The notes: generated from the sequence alone by a model not told the origin. 64,000 bases of DNA from Chrysomallon squamiferum (GCA_012295275.1 CM022679.1:2852001-2916000), one strand, 5' to 3'; counted from the first letter of the stretch, positions 29,254-41,836 are shown. Program-made: numbers and translations.

Positions 29254-29320
29254 TTCCAAACATTGCCTACATTTTGAAAACACTACATCAGAATGTTTTA
29301 TACTTTGCTATGTTTTCATC

Positions 29321-29414
29321 GATTTGGGGGTTTCCCGATTTGGGGGTTTCCCGATTTGGGGGTTTCCTGATTTCGGGGTTTCCCGATTCGGGGGTTTCCC
29401 GATGTGGGATCTTC
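29321..29414 (+). promoter_or_regulatory. Tandem array of NF-kB-type sites upstream of C1
   Basis: Five 16-bp units GATTTGGGGGTTTCCC plus one degenerate unit. GGGGTTTCCC fits GGGRNWYYCC. The array ends 50 bp before the ATG. Confidence 0.7.
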
Positions 29415-29463
29415 TTAAACATTAAGTTAAAGTGGTAGACAGAAGCTGATCGTTCTAAATCTG

Positions 29464-30919
29464 ATGGAGCTGATTTATTATTCGTCAGCTGTAATTTTGC
29501 TTTCTGTTTACGTTCTAACAAAACCCAATTGTCCACCGAACACTTATTACGACTCTTCAACAAGGAATTGTGATTCGTGTGGTTTTATTTGCACGTATCC
29601 AGAAATTCAAGGCACCGTAGACAAGTGCAAAAACCTCTGTCCAGGTAAATGTATAAATATAAATATAAATATATATCAGTATATTTTGTTCTAACAATTT
29701 TTATCAACGACAATTTGTAAACTAATATATTACTTATTTTGAGTAGTGATTTTTTTTTTTTTTTTTACATTTAGATTGTAATAGAGCCTGCACGGGCGCA
29801 TCCATATTCGAGTGAATTATCTTCACCTCGAAGCGCAGTTGTTATTCATAATACTCATTTTAACAGTCTCGTCAAATTCTGGTTATATGTTTTTCTATTA
29901 GAAACGTCATATACAGAAGATGAATAAAGTACCAAGTTGTTTTTCAAGACCTTTCCACTGTTAATCAACAATCACTTTGAATACATTTCTTCAGCGTAAC
30001 TTAAAACAGTTCTAGCTCATATTCGGGATCGGAGGCTTTTTCCCCTCAACTGTTACGTAGTCTTCATTCGAAAAACTGATGTAACACAACCGTGTTACAC
30101 ACGCACTGGTAATCACGAAATCGATACTGGAACCCATCCATTTGAAACGATAAAATAAAATTTGGTGCATGCCTGATATTTCAAACAACAATTATTTATT
30201 GTTTGTGAACGATTGTCTGAAACGCGGAGCCTCGCTTATTGACAACAGGGTGATTTCTTTTCCTAAAATTCTGTAAAGAAATCAAATCAAATTAATTGCT
30301 GTATTATAATTAAAATTTATTTAAGTTCTAATTTTGTGGTGTTATTACTTTCATTTAATAAAAATAACTTTTTTATATGAATTACAGTGATAATGTATGA
30401 GGTCTGATTTATTTTTCTGTTGTATTAACAGTATATATAACTGACTACACTGTTCAGTCTGTAATACAGGCCATAAGCACATAAATTACAGGCCATCAGA
30501 TAAAGTATATCAAGTTTGTGATATCTAAATATATATTTGTTTTCCTTTTTGTTTCTAGGATTCACCACCCCTAAATCAACAGATCGACCTATTGATATTG
30601 AGGAACCTATTTCATATAGCACCATAGCGATTATTGTCATTATAGTAGTTGTTGCGGTCATCAGTGCTGTTGGTGTTTCGTACTGCCTAATAAAGAAAAA
30701 ATGTGCTAAAGGACGTGCAAAAAACCAAGGTTTGACATCATATACGTATTTATTTGACAAGCAAGTTTTTTCTTTATTTCTTCATTTATTCGAGTAGCAT
30801 TATTGTTAGTTTAGCTGACTTTTTTGTTGATTTTTATTTTTATTATTATTTTTTTTTTGTTAATGTTCTTTCATTAAAATAGTCATATATCTCTATACGC
30901 AGATTCTTTTTTTAAATTA

Positions 30920-30965
<46 letters not shown>

Positions 30966-31267
30966 TTCATAGATTTGATTTTGTTTTTCCTGTCTAAGGA
31001 AAGATGCATCAGCATTGTATATGGCGATATCCTTTGAATTATTCAACGATTTTCACAACTTTTAAAATATCACACTGATTTCTGTCACGTTATTAAGAAT
31101 AGTGTATTAAAGCCTGTTTGTTTTAAGGATCTGTTCAATATATTTTACTGGTTTTGTGAAAATACTTTACATAATGCTAATTAACTAATGTTTGTTCTTA
31201 TATACAAAATGTGTGTGTAAATGAGTGTGTGTGTTTATATGTGTTTCTTTATGTATCGATGTGTGTT

Positions 31268-31302
<35 letters not shown>

Positions 31303-31568
31303 TAGTGTATGAGTATGTGTGTGTTTGCCCTGACATTGGTTAATCTCTTGCAGTCAGGATAATTTCACCATAATCTTTTTTTTCTCTCGGTAAAATTAAA
31401 AACATGACTATGACGTGTTTACTGGTTTTACTGAAATATGTAACAGTTGAGTGTTTCTTTTCTGCAGAGAAAAAACAGAAAAGTAAACTGCTTCCTCCAG
31501 AAGACAGGAAAAAACCTGTGGAAGCAACAGAAGAGAATCCTGCTTCTCAGAAACTAGTGGCAAACTAG
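29464..31568 (+). CDS. Single-CRD TNFR-like receptor C1 (~150 aa)
   Basis: Exons 29464-29644 (leader + C-x12-C-x2-C-x3-C-x11-C-x3-C), 30559-30729 (stalk + TM IAIIVIIVVVAVISAVGVSYCLI + KKK) and 31468-31568 (EKKQKSKLLPPEDRKKPVEATEENPASQKLVAN*). Both introns are phase 1. Confidence 0.85.
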
Positions 31569-31941
31569 AAGGGAGACAACCATTGAAAACAAAATGATTT
31601 TTAATAAACATGAAAAAGGATACTCTTCAAATAAAGTAATAAAATAGTTTAGATCTGAACAAAGAAACAAAACTGGATTAAAAAACAAAAACTAAAATAA
31701 TGTGTATTTGAACAAACATATACAAAATGTGATTGTGTATGTGTGTTTCTCTATGTGTGTGCATGAGCATGCATGCATGTGTGTGTGTGTGTGTGTGTGC
31801 TTGCAATGAAATTGGTTTAACCCCATGCACTTTTTTTCAGGAACCCTCCATCTATTATTATTATTGTGTAAAATTTAAAAATGACTATTAGGTATATACT
31901 GGTTTTGCTGAAGTTATACACAAGTTGAATTCTTTTTTTAG

Positions 31942-32018
31942 GTTCCAACATAAGAAGACCAGTGCAATGTTCAGAAGCAAATCCTACCTGTGATAAACTG
32001 GTAGTATCTGGTCACTAA
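31942..32018 (+). CDS. Type-B terminal exon (possible alternative last exon of C1)
   Basis: Polypyrimidine-TAG acceptor, phase 1, GSNIRRPVQCSEANPTCDKLVVSGH*. Copies at 46730-46806 and 63630-63706. Confidence 0.6.
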
Positions 32019-32804
32019 TTTGAGGAAGATTCTTTTTGTTTTCATGGTGTAGTAAACAACTTTTCAGTTAATTCTTGACATATATACACTACGGTTTACC
32101 TTCACTTTTCTGGACACCTGAAAAAGAGTAGTAAAAGAGATACTGTTCAGTTAGGATTGGCTTCAATTTGTGGGTAGAAGTTGAAAACATTCGCTTCAAC
32201 TGTATTAAAAAAAAAAAAAAAAAAACTTATTGAAATAAATAAATAAATTAATTAAAAACTAAAAAGTAAAAAATGTAAAATAATGTGTATTTGAACAAAC
32301 AAAAACAAAATAACAACAACAGCTATAATATTTTTACACTTTTGTACAATCTTACTGAATTAAAAATTATTATAGGCCTGAATAAGATAAGTAATAGATA
32401 ATTAAATACTTTGTCTTCTGTTATCTGCTCTTAGTAACAAGCTTCATTATAGCATCCTTATTGTTACACTAATTTAAAATTGTACTTAACTTGTAATTAG
32501 ATGTTAAAGAATGTTAAGAATTACTATTTACATTCAACTTGAACTGAAGTCTTAAATAATTTTAAAATGTTACAGAATAAGAATAAGATCATATTATTAT
32601 TTAGTCACGTATTTACATTTGACTTGTATTTGAGTGTCAAAGTATTTTAAATTGTTATAGAACAAGAGGCATCAGAATATGTGAAACAAGCGGGCCTCTC
32701 CTTCCCTTGAAAAACTAGATAAACTGATAACATGCTGAACATATAAGAGTTTTCGGTAGAGAGAACATATGAACTGTTTATTAACTAATATCTGTTCTGT
32801 TGTT

Positions 32805-32972
32805 TTTGACTTGTGCATAGCTATTGTGTAAATAAACCGTAAAATAAATGTGTTAAGATGCAGTTATGTTTATATATATATATATTTAATGTCTTCAAAT
32901 TTTTAATATTTACAGTTTTCATTTTGTTAAACTTTTACCGTTTATTTACACAATAGCTATGTACAAGTCAAA
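32805..32972. mobile_element. MITE/foldback-like palindromic element
   Basis: 40-bp terminal inverted repeats TTTGACTTGTGCATAGCTATTGTGTAAATAAACCGTAAAA, 38/40 complementary. Partial or rearranged copies at ~39796-40080, ~47599-47740, ~51078-51355 and ~57216-57256. Confidence 0.6.
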
Positions 32973-33775
32973 CTGCAGTTATTGTAATGACACTTTATTG
33001 GAAGAAACTGATTTCTGATGCATATTAACAGTTGATGCATTTTGTTGCAGTTTGCTTTGATTCTTATTGTTATTATTATTTTAGTTGTCTATATGTTATT
33101 TGCTGTATGGAATTCTATTTATTTTTAATAATTAATTCTACTGATTGTTTGTAACATAAATGCATTTTGTAAATATTTGTGTTCTTCTATTTGTGCCATT
33201 TAACACAAAAAAAAATATCTGATCAGAATGTCATATGTCACCTTTTGTGATATCAGATGTGTCACAAGATGCATTACTGTAATTAACACATTTGCATATT
33301 AACACATTTATTTACATATGCTTATTGTACATGAAAATATAGACTGTTCTTGAATGTAAACATACGGTTTTAAAGTGTGATGAAGCCATTATGTCAGACT
33401 TAATTGTCTATTCTAGACCATCAGTGACATGTAAATAAATTTTTTATACCTTTTATGTAGTTGTTTTCTTTGTTATTTTTTTACATAATTAGTTGTATAG
33501 TTGAATGAAATGAACAGTGAAAGACTCATTTGAACACAAAAAACTTCACTTTAGTAAACATCTTCCACTGACTGAACAAACTGAGAATTGTGTATACGTA
33601 GAGGCCAGTAATCTCTTACACTAGAGTCCTTCACTTGATAGAATACAAACATACAAATGTATACACATACATATGCATACACATTGTCAACAGCATTTCC
33701 CACATCAATTTTAACAATGTATTAACTTTAAACTGAAACAAACAAAAAAATAAATTTAAAATTTAAAAAAAATTA

Positions 33776-33838
<63 letters not shown>

Positions 33839-33905
33839 TTCCAAACATTGCCTATATTTTGAAAACACCACATCAGGATGTTTTATACTTTGCTTTGATT
33901 TCCTC

Positions 33906-33985
33906 GATTTGGGGGTTTTCTGATTAGGGGGTTTCCCGATTTGGGGGTTTCCAGATTTGGGGGTTTCCCGATATTGGGTTTTCCA
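33906..33985 (+). promoter_or_regulatory. Tandem NF-kB-type array upstream of C2
   Basis: Five 16-bp units of the same repeat. Confidence 0.65.
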
Positions 33986-34072
33986 GATTTATTTTTAGAA
34001 TATAGAACCGGCTTAAACGTAAAGTAAAAGCGGTAGACAGAAGCTGATTGTTCGGATCGCCATTTAAATCTG

Positions 34073-34252
34073 ATGGAGCTGATTTATTATTCATCAGCTG
34101 TCATTTTACTTTCTGTTTACGTTCTAACAAAATTATTTGTAAACCGAACTCTTACTACGATTCTTCGACAGATAACTGTGATTCATGTGGTTTTATTTGC
34201 ACATTTGCAGAAATTCAAGGCACGGTAGACAAGTGCAAAAAACTCTCTCCAG
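34073..34252 (+). pseudogene. CRD exon C2, frameshifted
   Basis: ATG GAG CTG leader, 1-nt deletion near 34132 relative to paralogs, last Cys changed to Ser (KKLSP). Donor intact; no TM exon of its own. Confidence 0.75.
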
Positions 34253-34720
34253 GTAAATGAATAAATATATTTTGTTCTAACAATTTTAATCAACGACAAA
34301 TTCTAGATTGTAGTAGAACCTGCATGAGCGCATCCATCTTGGAATGAACGATCTTCGTGTCGAAGCGCTGTTGTTATTCATAATACTCATTTTAACAGTC
34401 TCGTCAAATTCTCTGTTATATGTTTTTTCTATTAGAAACGTCATAACGCTTGATATTTAGTACAAAAGATGAGTAAAGTAGCACTGCTAAGTTCTTTTTC
34501 AAGACCTTTCCGCTGTTAATCAACAATCACTTTGAATACATTTCTTGAGAATAACTTAAAACAGTTCTAACTCATATTCGGGATCGGAGGCTTTTCCCCC
34601 TCAACTGTTACGTAGTCTTCATTCGAAAAACTGAATGTGGTTTTATTACTTTTATCTAATAAAAATAACTTTTTATACGAATTACAGTGATAATGTATAA
34701 GGTCTGATTTATTTTTCTGT

Positions 34721-34875
34721 TGTAATTTTGCTTTCTGTTTACGTTCTAACAAAACCCAGTTGTCCACCGAACACTTATTACGACTCTTCAACAAGGAATT
34801 GTGATTCGTGTGATTCTATTTGCACATATGCTGAAATTCAAGGCACCGTAGACAAGTGCAAAAAACTCTGTCCAG
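34721..34875 (+). pseudogene. 5'-truncated CRD exon C3 (no ATG)
   Basis: VILLSVYVLTKPSCPPNTYYDSSTRNCDSCDSICTYAEIQGTVDKCKKLCP with intact donor, fused directly to intron-derived sequence. Confidence 0.72.
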
Positions 34876-35725
34876 GTAAATGTATAAATATAAATATATA
34901 TAAATATATTCTGTTCTAATAATTTTCATCAACGACAATTTCCAGGCTTTTTCCCCTCAAATGTTACGTAGTCTTCATTCGAAAAACTGATGAAACACAA
35001 CCGTGTTACACACGCACTGGTAATCACGAAATCGATACTGGAACCCATCCATTTGAAAAGATAAAATAAAATTTGGTGCACGCCTGATATTTGAAACAAC
35101 AATTATTTATTGTTTGTGAACAATTGTCTGAAACGCGGAGCCTCGCTTATTGACAACAGGATGATTTCTTTTCCTAAAATTCTGTGAGGAAATCAAATCA
35201 TTAATTGCTGTATTATAATTAAAATCCATTTATTTTCTAATTTTGTGGTGTTATTGCTTTCATCTAATACAAATAACTTTTATTAGGCAATTATGTTCGT
35301 AAATATATTACAGTGATAATGTATGAGGTCTGATTTATTTTTCTCTTGTATTAAATGTAGTGTACTGTATACTGTACTAAACAGAATGGAGGAATTCACC
35401 ATTGATGTACATTATTAAGATTTGGATACAGTAAATACTGATAATCATTTTCTTAAAAATAAACTCCAACTTGATAATTTAGCTTTAATTTGTATAACTC
35501 TTACATACTACAGAATTTAAAAATACAACTAGTGAAAATACGACAGTCCATCTCGCACTAAAGAGAGCACAATACATTTCTAATTTAAAGACGAAATATA
35601 AAGTCTTAGCGTTGAGAACGCTAATATGGCGGAAACGAGACTGAGACCAAGAAACTGCGAGATGAGATGCTTGACGATGAAACACCGTGCTGCCTTTTCC
35701 ATTATCGAAGTTCTCAGCTTACAAC

Positions 35726-35779
<54 letters not shown>

Positions 35780-35817
35780 GTTAAATCTGAGAGATAATAA
35801 ATATTATGAATTTCTGT

Positions 35818-35850
<33 letters not shown>

Positions 35851-35942
35851 GTAATAATAATAATAATAATTTCCAAACATTGCCTACATTTCGAAAACAC
35901 CACATCAGAATGTTTTATACTTTGCTATGTTTTCATCGATTG

Positions 35943-35967
35943 GGGGATTTCCCGATTTGGAAATTCC
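35943..35967 (+). promoter_or_regulatory. Paired kB-type sites upstream of C4
   Basis: GGGGATTTCCC and GGAAATTCC. Confidence 0.6.
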
Positions 35968-36044
35968 AGATCTATTTTTAGAATATATGCTTGGCTAAAA
36001 CATTAAGTTAAAGTGGTAGACAGAAGCTGATCGTTCTAAATCTG

Positions 36045-36225
36045 ATGGAGCTGATTTATTATTCGTCAGCTGTAATTTTGCTTTCTGTTTACCCTCTAAC
36101 AAAACATAATTGTCCACCGAACACTTATTACGAGTCTTCGACAAGGAATTGTGATTCGTGTGGTTTTATTTGCACGTATCCAGAAATTCAAGGCACCGTA
36201 GACAAGTGCAAGAAACTCTGTCCAG
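36045..36225 (+). CDS. Intact CRD first exon C4 with its own promoter but no private TM exon
   Basis: MELIYYSSAVILLSVYPLTKHNCPPNTYYESSTRNCDSCGFICTYPEIQGTVDKCKKLCP, donor G|GTAAAT. The next TM exon is at 38043. Confidence 0.65.
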
Positions 36226-37074
36226 GTAAATGTATAAATATAAATATATATAAATATATTCTGTTCTAATAATTTTCATCAACGACAATTTGCAGGCTTT
36301 TTCCCCTACAATGTTACGTAGTCTTCATTCGAAAAACTGATGAAACACAACCGTGTTACACACGCACTGGTAATCACGAAATCGATACTGGAACCCATCC
36401 ATTTGAAAAGATAAAATAAAATTTGGTGCACGCCTGATATTTGAAACAACAATTATTTATTGTTTGTGAACGATTGTCTGAAACGCGGAGCCTCGCTTAT
36501 TGACAACAGGGTGATTTCTTTTCCTAAATCTCTGTGAAGAACTCAAATCATTAATTGCTGTATTATAATTAAAATTTATTTATTTTCTAATTTTGTGGTG
36601 TTATTGCTTTCATCTAATACAAATAACTTTTATTAGGCAATTATGTTCGTAAATATATTACAGTGATAATGTATGAGGTCTGATTTATTTTTCTCTTGTA
36701 TTAAATGTAGTGTACTGTATACTGTACTAAACAGAATGGAGGAATTCACCATTGATGTACATTATTAAGATTTGGATACAGTAAATACTGATAATCATTT
36801 TCTTAAAAATAAACTCCAACTTGATAATTTAGCTTTAATTTGTATAACTCTTACATACTACAGAATTTAAAAAACAACTAGTGAAAATACGACAGACCAT
36901 CTCGTACTGAAGAGAGCATAATTCATTTCTAATTTAAAGACGAAATATGAAGTCTTAGCGTTGAGAATGCTAATATGGCGGAAACGAGACTGAGACCAAG
37001 AAACTGCGAGATGAGATGCTTGACGATGAAACACCGTGCTGCCTTTTCCATTATCGAAGTTCTCAGCTTACAAC

Positions 37075-37125
<51 letters not shown>

Positions 37126-37282
37126 GTTAAATCTGAGAGATAATAAATATTATGAATTTCTGTTTAATAATAATAATAATAATAATAATAGTAATAATAA
37201 TAATAATAATTTCCAAACATTGCCTACATTTTGAAAACACCACATCAGAATGTTTTATACTTTGCTATGTTTTCATCGATTT

Positions 37283-37307
37283 GGGGATTTCCCGATTTGG
37301 AAATTCC
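37283..37307 (+). promoter_or_regulatory. Paired kB-type sites upstream of C5
   Basis: GGGGATTTCCC and GGAAATTCC. Confidence 0.6.
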
Positions 37308-37384
37308 AGATCTATTTTTAGAATATATGCTTGGCTAAAACATTAAGTTAAAGTGGTAGACATAAGCTGATCGTTCTAAATCTG

Positions 37385-38406
37385 ATGGAGCTGATTTATT
37401 ATTCGTCAGCTGTAATTTTGCTTTCTGTTTACGCTCTAACAAAACATAATTGTCCACCGAACACTTATTACGACTCTTCAACAAGGAATTGTGATTCGTG
37501 TGATTTTATTTGCACGTATCCAGAAATTCAAGGCACCGTAGACAAGTGCAAAAAACTCTGTCCAGGTAAATGAATAAATATATTTTGTTCTAACAATTTT
37601 GAACAACGACAAGTTGTAAACTGATTACTTATTTTGAGTATTGCTTTTCTTTTACGTTTAGATTGTAACAGAGCCTACAAGAGCGCATCAATCTTGGAAT
37701 GAATGACCTTCACCTCGAAGCGCAGTTGTTATTCATAATACTCATTTTATCAATCTCGTCAAATTCTCGTTATATGATTTTCTATTAGAAACGTCATATA
37801 CAGAAGATGAATAAAGTACCAAGTTCCTTTGAATGTGGTTTTATTGCTTTTATCTAATAAAAATAACTTTTTATATGAATTACAGTGATAATGTATGAGG
37901 TCTGATTTATTTTTCTGTTGTATTAACAGTATATATAACTGACTACACTGTTCAGTCTATGATACAGGCCATAAGGCCATCAGATAAAGTATATGAAGCT
38001 TGTGGTGTCTAAATATATATTTGTTTTCTTTTTTGTTTCTAGAATACATCATCCCTAAATCAACAGATCGACCTATTGATACTGAGGACCCTAATTCATA
38101 TAGCACCATAGCGATTATTGTCATTATAGTAGTGGTTGCGGTCATCAATGCTATTGGTGTTTCGTACTGCCTAATAAAGAAAAAATGTGCTAAAGGACGT
38201 GCAAAAAACCAAGGTTTGACATCATATACGTATTTATTTGAGAAGCAAGTTTTTTCTTTATTTCTTCATTTATTCGAGTAGCATTATTGTTAGTTTAGCT
38301 GACTTTTTTGTTGATTTTTATTTTCATTTATTTTTATTTTTTTTTGTTAATGTTCTTTCATTAAAATGGTCATATATCTCTATAAGCAGATTCTTTTTTT
38401 AAATTA

Positions 38407-38461
<55 letters not shown>

Positions 38462-39140
38462 TTCATAGATTTGATTTTGTTTTTACTAAGGAAAGATGCA
38501 TCAGCATTGTATATGGCGATATCCTTTGAATTATTCAACGATTTTCACAACTTTTAAAATATCACACTGATTTCTGTCACGTTATTAAGAATAGTGTATT
38601 AAAGCCAGTTTGTTTTAAGGATCTGTTCAATATATTTTACTGGTTGTGTGAAAATACTTTACATAATGCTAATTAACTAATGTTTGTTCTTATATACAAA
38701 GTGTGTGTGTAAATGAGTGTGTCTGTTTATATGTGTATCTCTATGTATCGATGTGTGTGTGTGTGTGTGTGTCTGTGTGTGTGTGTGTCTGTGTGTGTGT
38801 GTGTCTGTGTGTGTGTGTGTGTGTGTGTCTGTGTGTGTGTGTGTCTGTGTGTCTGTGTGTGTGTGTGTGTGTGATAGTGTATGAGTACGTGTGTGTTTGC
38901 CGTGACATTGGTTAATCTCTTGCAGTCAGGGTAATTTCACCACAATCTTTTTTTTCTCTCGGTAAAATTAAAAACATGACTATGATGTGTATACTGGTTT
39001 TACTGAAATATGTAACAGTTGAGTTTTTCTTTTCTGCAGTGGAAGAACAGATTGTGGTACTGATTGCTCCAGAAGAGCGGAAAAATCCGATGGAAGCGAC
39101 AGAAGAGTATCCTGCTTCTCAGAAACTAGTGGTAAACTAG
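37385..39140 (+). CDS. Single-CRD TNFR-like receptor C5 (~150 aa)
   Basis: Exons 37385-37565, 38043-38213 (TM) and 39040-39140 (VEEQIVVLIAPEERKNPMEATEEYPASQKLVVN*). Confidence 0.84.
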
Positions 39141-39818
39141 AAGGGAGACAACCATTGAAAACAAAATGATTTTTAATAAACATGAAAAAGGATACTCTTC
39201 AAATAAAGTAATAAAATAGTTTAGATCTGAACAAAGAAACAAAACTGGATTAAAAAAACAAAAAAGTAAAATAATGTGTATTTGAACAAACAAAAACAAA
39301 ATAACAACAACAGCTATAGTATTTTTACACTTTTGTACAATCTTACTGAATTAAAAATTATTATAGGCCTGAATAAGGTAAGTAATAGATAATTAAATAC
39401 TTTGTCTTCTGTTATCTGCTCTTAGTAACAAGCTGCATTATAGCATCCTTATTGTTACACTAATTTAAAATTGTACTTAACTTGTAATTAGATGTTAAAG
39501 AATGTTAAGAATTACTATTTACATTCAACTTGTACTGAAGTCTTAAATAATTTTACAATGTTACAGAATAAGAATAAGATCATATTTTTATTTAGTCGGG
39601 TATTTACATTTGACTTGTATTTGAGTGTCAACGTATTTTAAATTGTTATAGAATAAGAGGCATCAGAAATTGTGAAACAAGCGGGCTTCTCCTTCCCTTG
39701 AAAAACTAGATAAACTGGTAACATGCTGAACATATACGAGTTTTAGGTAGAGAGAACATATGAACTGTTTAATACCTAATATCTGTTCCGTTGTTTTTGA
39801 CTTGTGCATAGCTATTGT

Positions 39819-39983
39819 CAGCTGTAATTTTACTTTCTGTTTACGTTCAACAAAACCTAATTAGTACCTGCAACGCCTTTCTGCGGTGGGCCCCAATTAG
39901 GTTTTGTTAGAATGTAAACAGAAAGTAAAATTACAGCTGTCAAATAATAAATCAACTCCACAGATTTAAATGGCGATCCGAAC
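39819..39983. repeat. Inverted repeat derived from receptor exon 1 (hairpin copy 1)
   Basis: Arms 39819-39862 and 39895-39939 (44/45 nt, one G:U pair, one bulge, 32-nt loop). 39895-39983 is antisense to the 5'UTR-ATG-leader of the C genes. Confidence 0.9.
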
Positions 39984-41022
39984 TATATATATTTACAGTC
40001 TTCAAATTTATTTATTTACACTTTTCATTTTGTTAAAATGTACCGTTTATGTACACAATAGCTATGTACACAAAGTCAAACTGCAGTTATTGTAATGGCA
40101 CTTTATTGGAAGAAACTGATTTCTGATGCATATTAACAGTTGATGCATTTTGTTGCAGTTTGGTTTTGATTCTTATTGTTATTATTTTAGTTGTCTATAT
40201 GTTATTTGCTGTATGAAATTCTATTTATTTTTAATAATTAATTCTACTGATTGTTTGTACATAAATGCATTTTGTAAATATTTGTGTTGTTTTATTTATG
40301 CTGGTTAACACACACAAATAAATATCTGATCAGACTGACATGTCATCTTTTGTGATACGAGTCTTGTGAAAGACTTTATAAATCAGATGTTTTACAAGAT
40401 GCATTACTGTAATGAACATATTTGCATATTAACACATTTATTCACACATTCTTATTGTACATATTGACTGTTCTTGAATGTAAAATAGTTTTAGATTGTG
40501 ATGATACCTTTATGTGAAGCGGAAAGTAATATGTAAATAAATATTTTGTATTGTTAATGTAACTGTTATTTTTTGTTATAATTAGTTGTATACTTGTATG
40601 AAATGAACAGTAAAATTCTCGTCTGAACACAAAAAACTTCACTTTATTAAGCATCTTCCACTGACTGAACAAACTGAGCCTTGGGTTAAACAACTATCTG
40701 ATAGAAACATGCCATAAATTATTCACAGGCATAATTGAGGATTTTATAATAAAATGAAACTGAAAAAAACCTTTTCCTAAGTTAGATGTTATGTTCGTTC
40801 CAACAATATTTAGATGCAGGAATGCTTTCATATATATGTTGATAACAGGGTTCAGTATAGTAATGGGGGATGCGTTTCAAATGTCGATTTAATGTCACTA
40901 AGTTCGTACTGAAGACATGAAATATATTCATCACTGTCGATTAATTATCTTCAAATGATCCAAATTATATTGTTCAATAACATAATTAATATATTATGCT
41001 ATCCTATTCTAAGAAAGACATA

Positions 41023-41068
<46 letters not shown>

Positions 41069-41785
41069 TTCTCAATCTTTCTTTTTAAATGTATATATAT
41101 TTCGTGCATTGATGTTTACGGCTAAATACTTTTTATGCAATGTAAATATTAACTTTCTAATATTAAGCTACATTTTATTCCAGCTGATGTACCTTACTGG
41201 ACTAGTAATTTGATTTATCATTTTTGAGACGGCCCCTGTTAAAATCCGACCTAGAGTGATTAGGTTCTTTAGCAGACGTCATGCTTCTGTACGATTTCAG
41301 AATATTCTGTACTGGTTGTGGGTTTATGTCAACTATCTTTCGATTTCTTTTTTCTTCATATCACCTTTGCACCATTTATAATATCTTCGATATAACTTTA
41401 AAATATTTATACAGTAGTGTACTGTATAGTTTACTAAACAGAATAGAGGAATTCACCATTGATGTACGTTATTAAGATTTGGATACAGTAAATACTGATA
41501 ATCATTTTCTTAAAAATAAACTCCAACTTGATAATTTAGCTTTAATTTGTATAACTCTTACATACTACAGAATTTAAAAAACAACTAGTGAAAATACGAC
41601 AGTCCATCTCGTACTGAAGAGAGCACAATTCATTTCTAATTTAAAGACGAAATATGAAGTCTTAGCGTTGAGAATGCTAATATGGCGGAAACGAGACTGA
41701 GACCAAGAAACTGCGAGATGAGATGCTTGACGATGAAACACCGTGCTGCCTTTTCCATGATCGAAGTTCTCGTACAGCTTACAAC

Positions 41786-41836
<51 letters not shown>

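Larger units (their letters stand above)
34943..37575 (+). repeat. ~1.35-kb tandem duplication (promoter + CRD exon units C4/C5)
   Basis: 34943-36290 matches 36293-37575. Confidence 0.88.

Noticed and set aside
29038-29425. Repeated upstream ORFs (MRMLIWRR.., MNFCLIII..)
   Set aside because: They run through (ATT)n/(AAT)n tracts and the frames are not conserved among copies; this is promoter DNA.
31408-31611. Recurrent minus-strand ORF MFIKNHFVFNGCLPSS (also at 38980, 43641, 50150, 54850, 56163)
   Set aside because: It is the antisense shadow of the plus-strand tail exon and recurs only because the DNA is duplicated.
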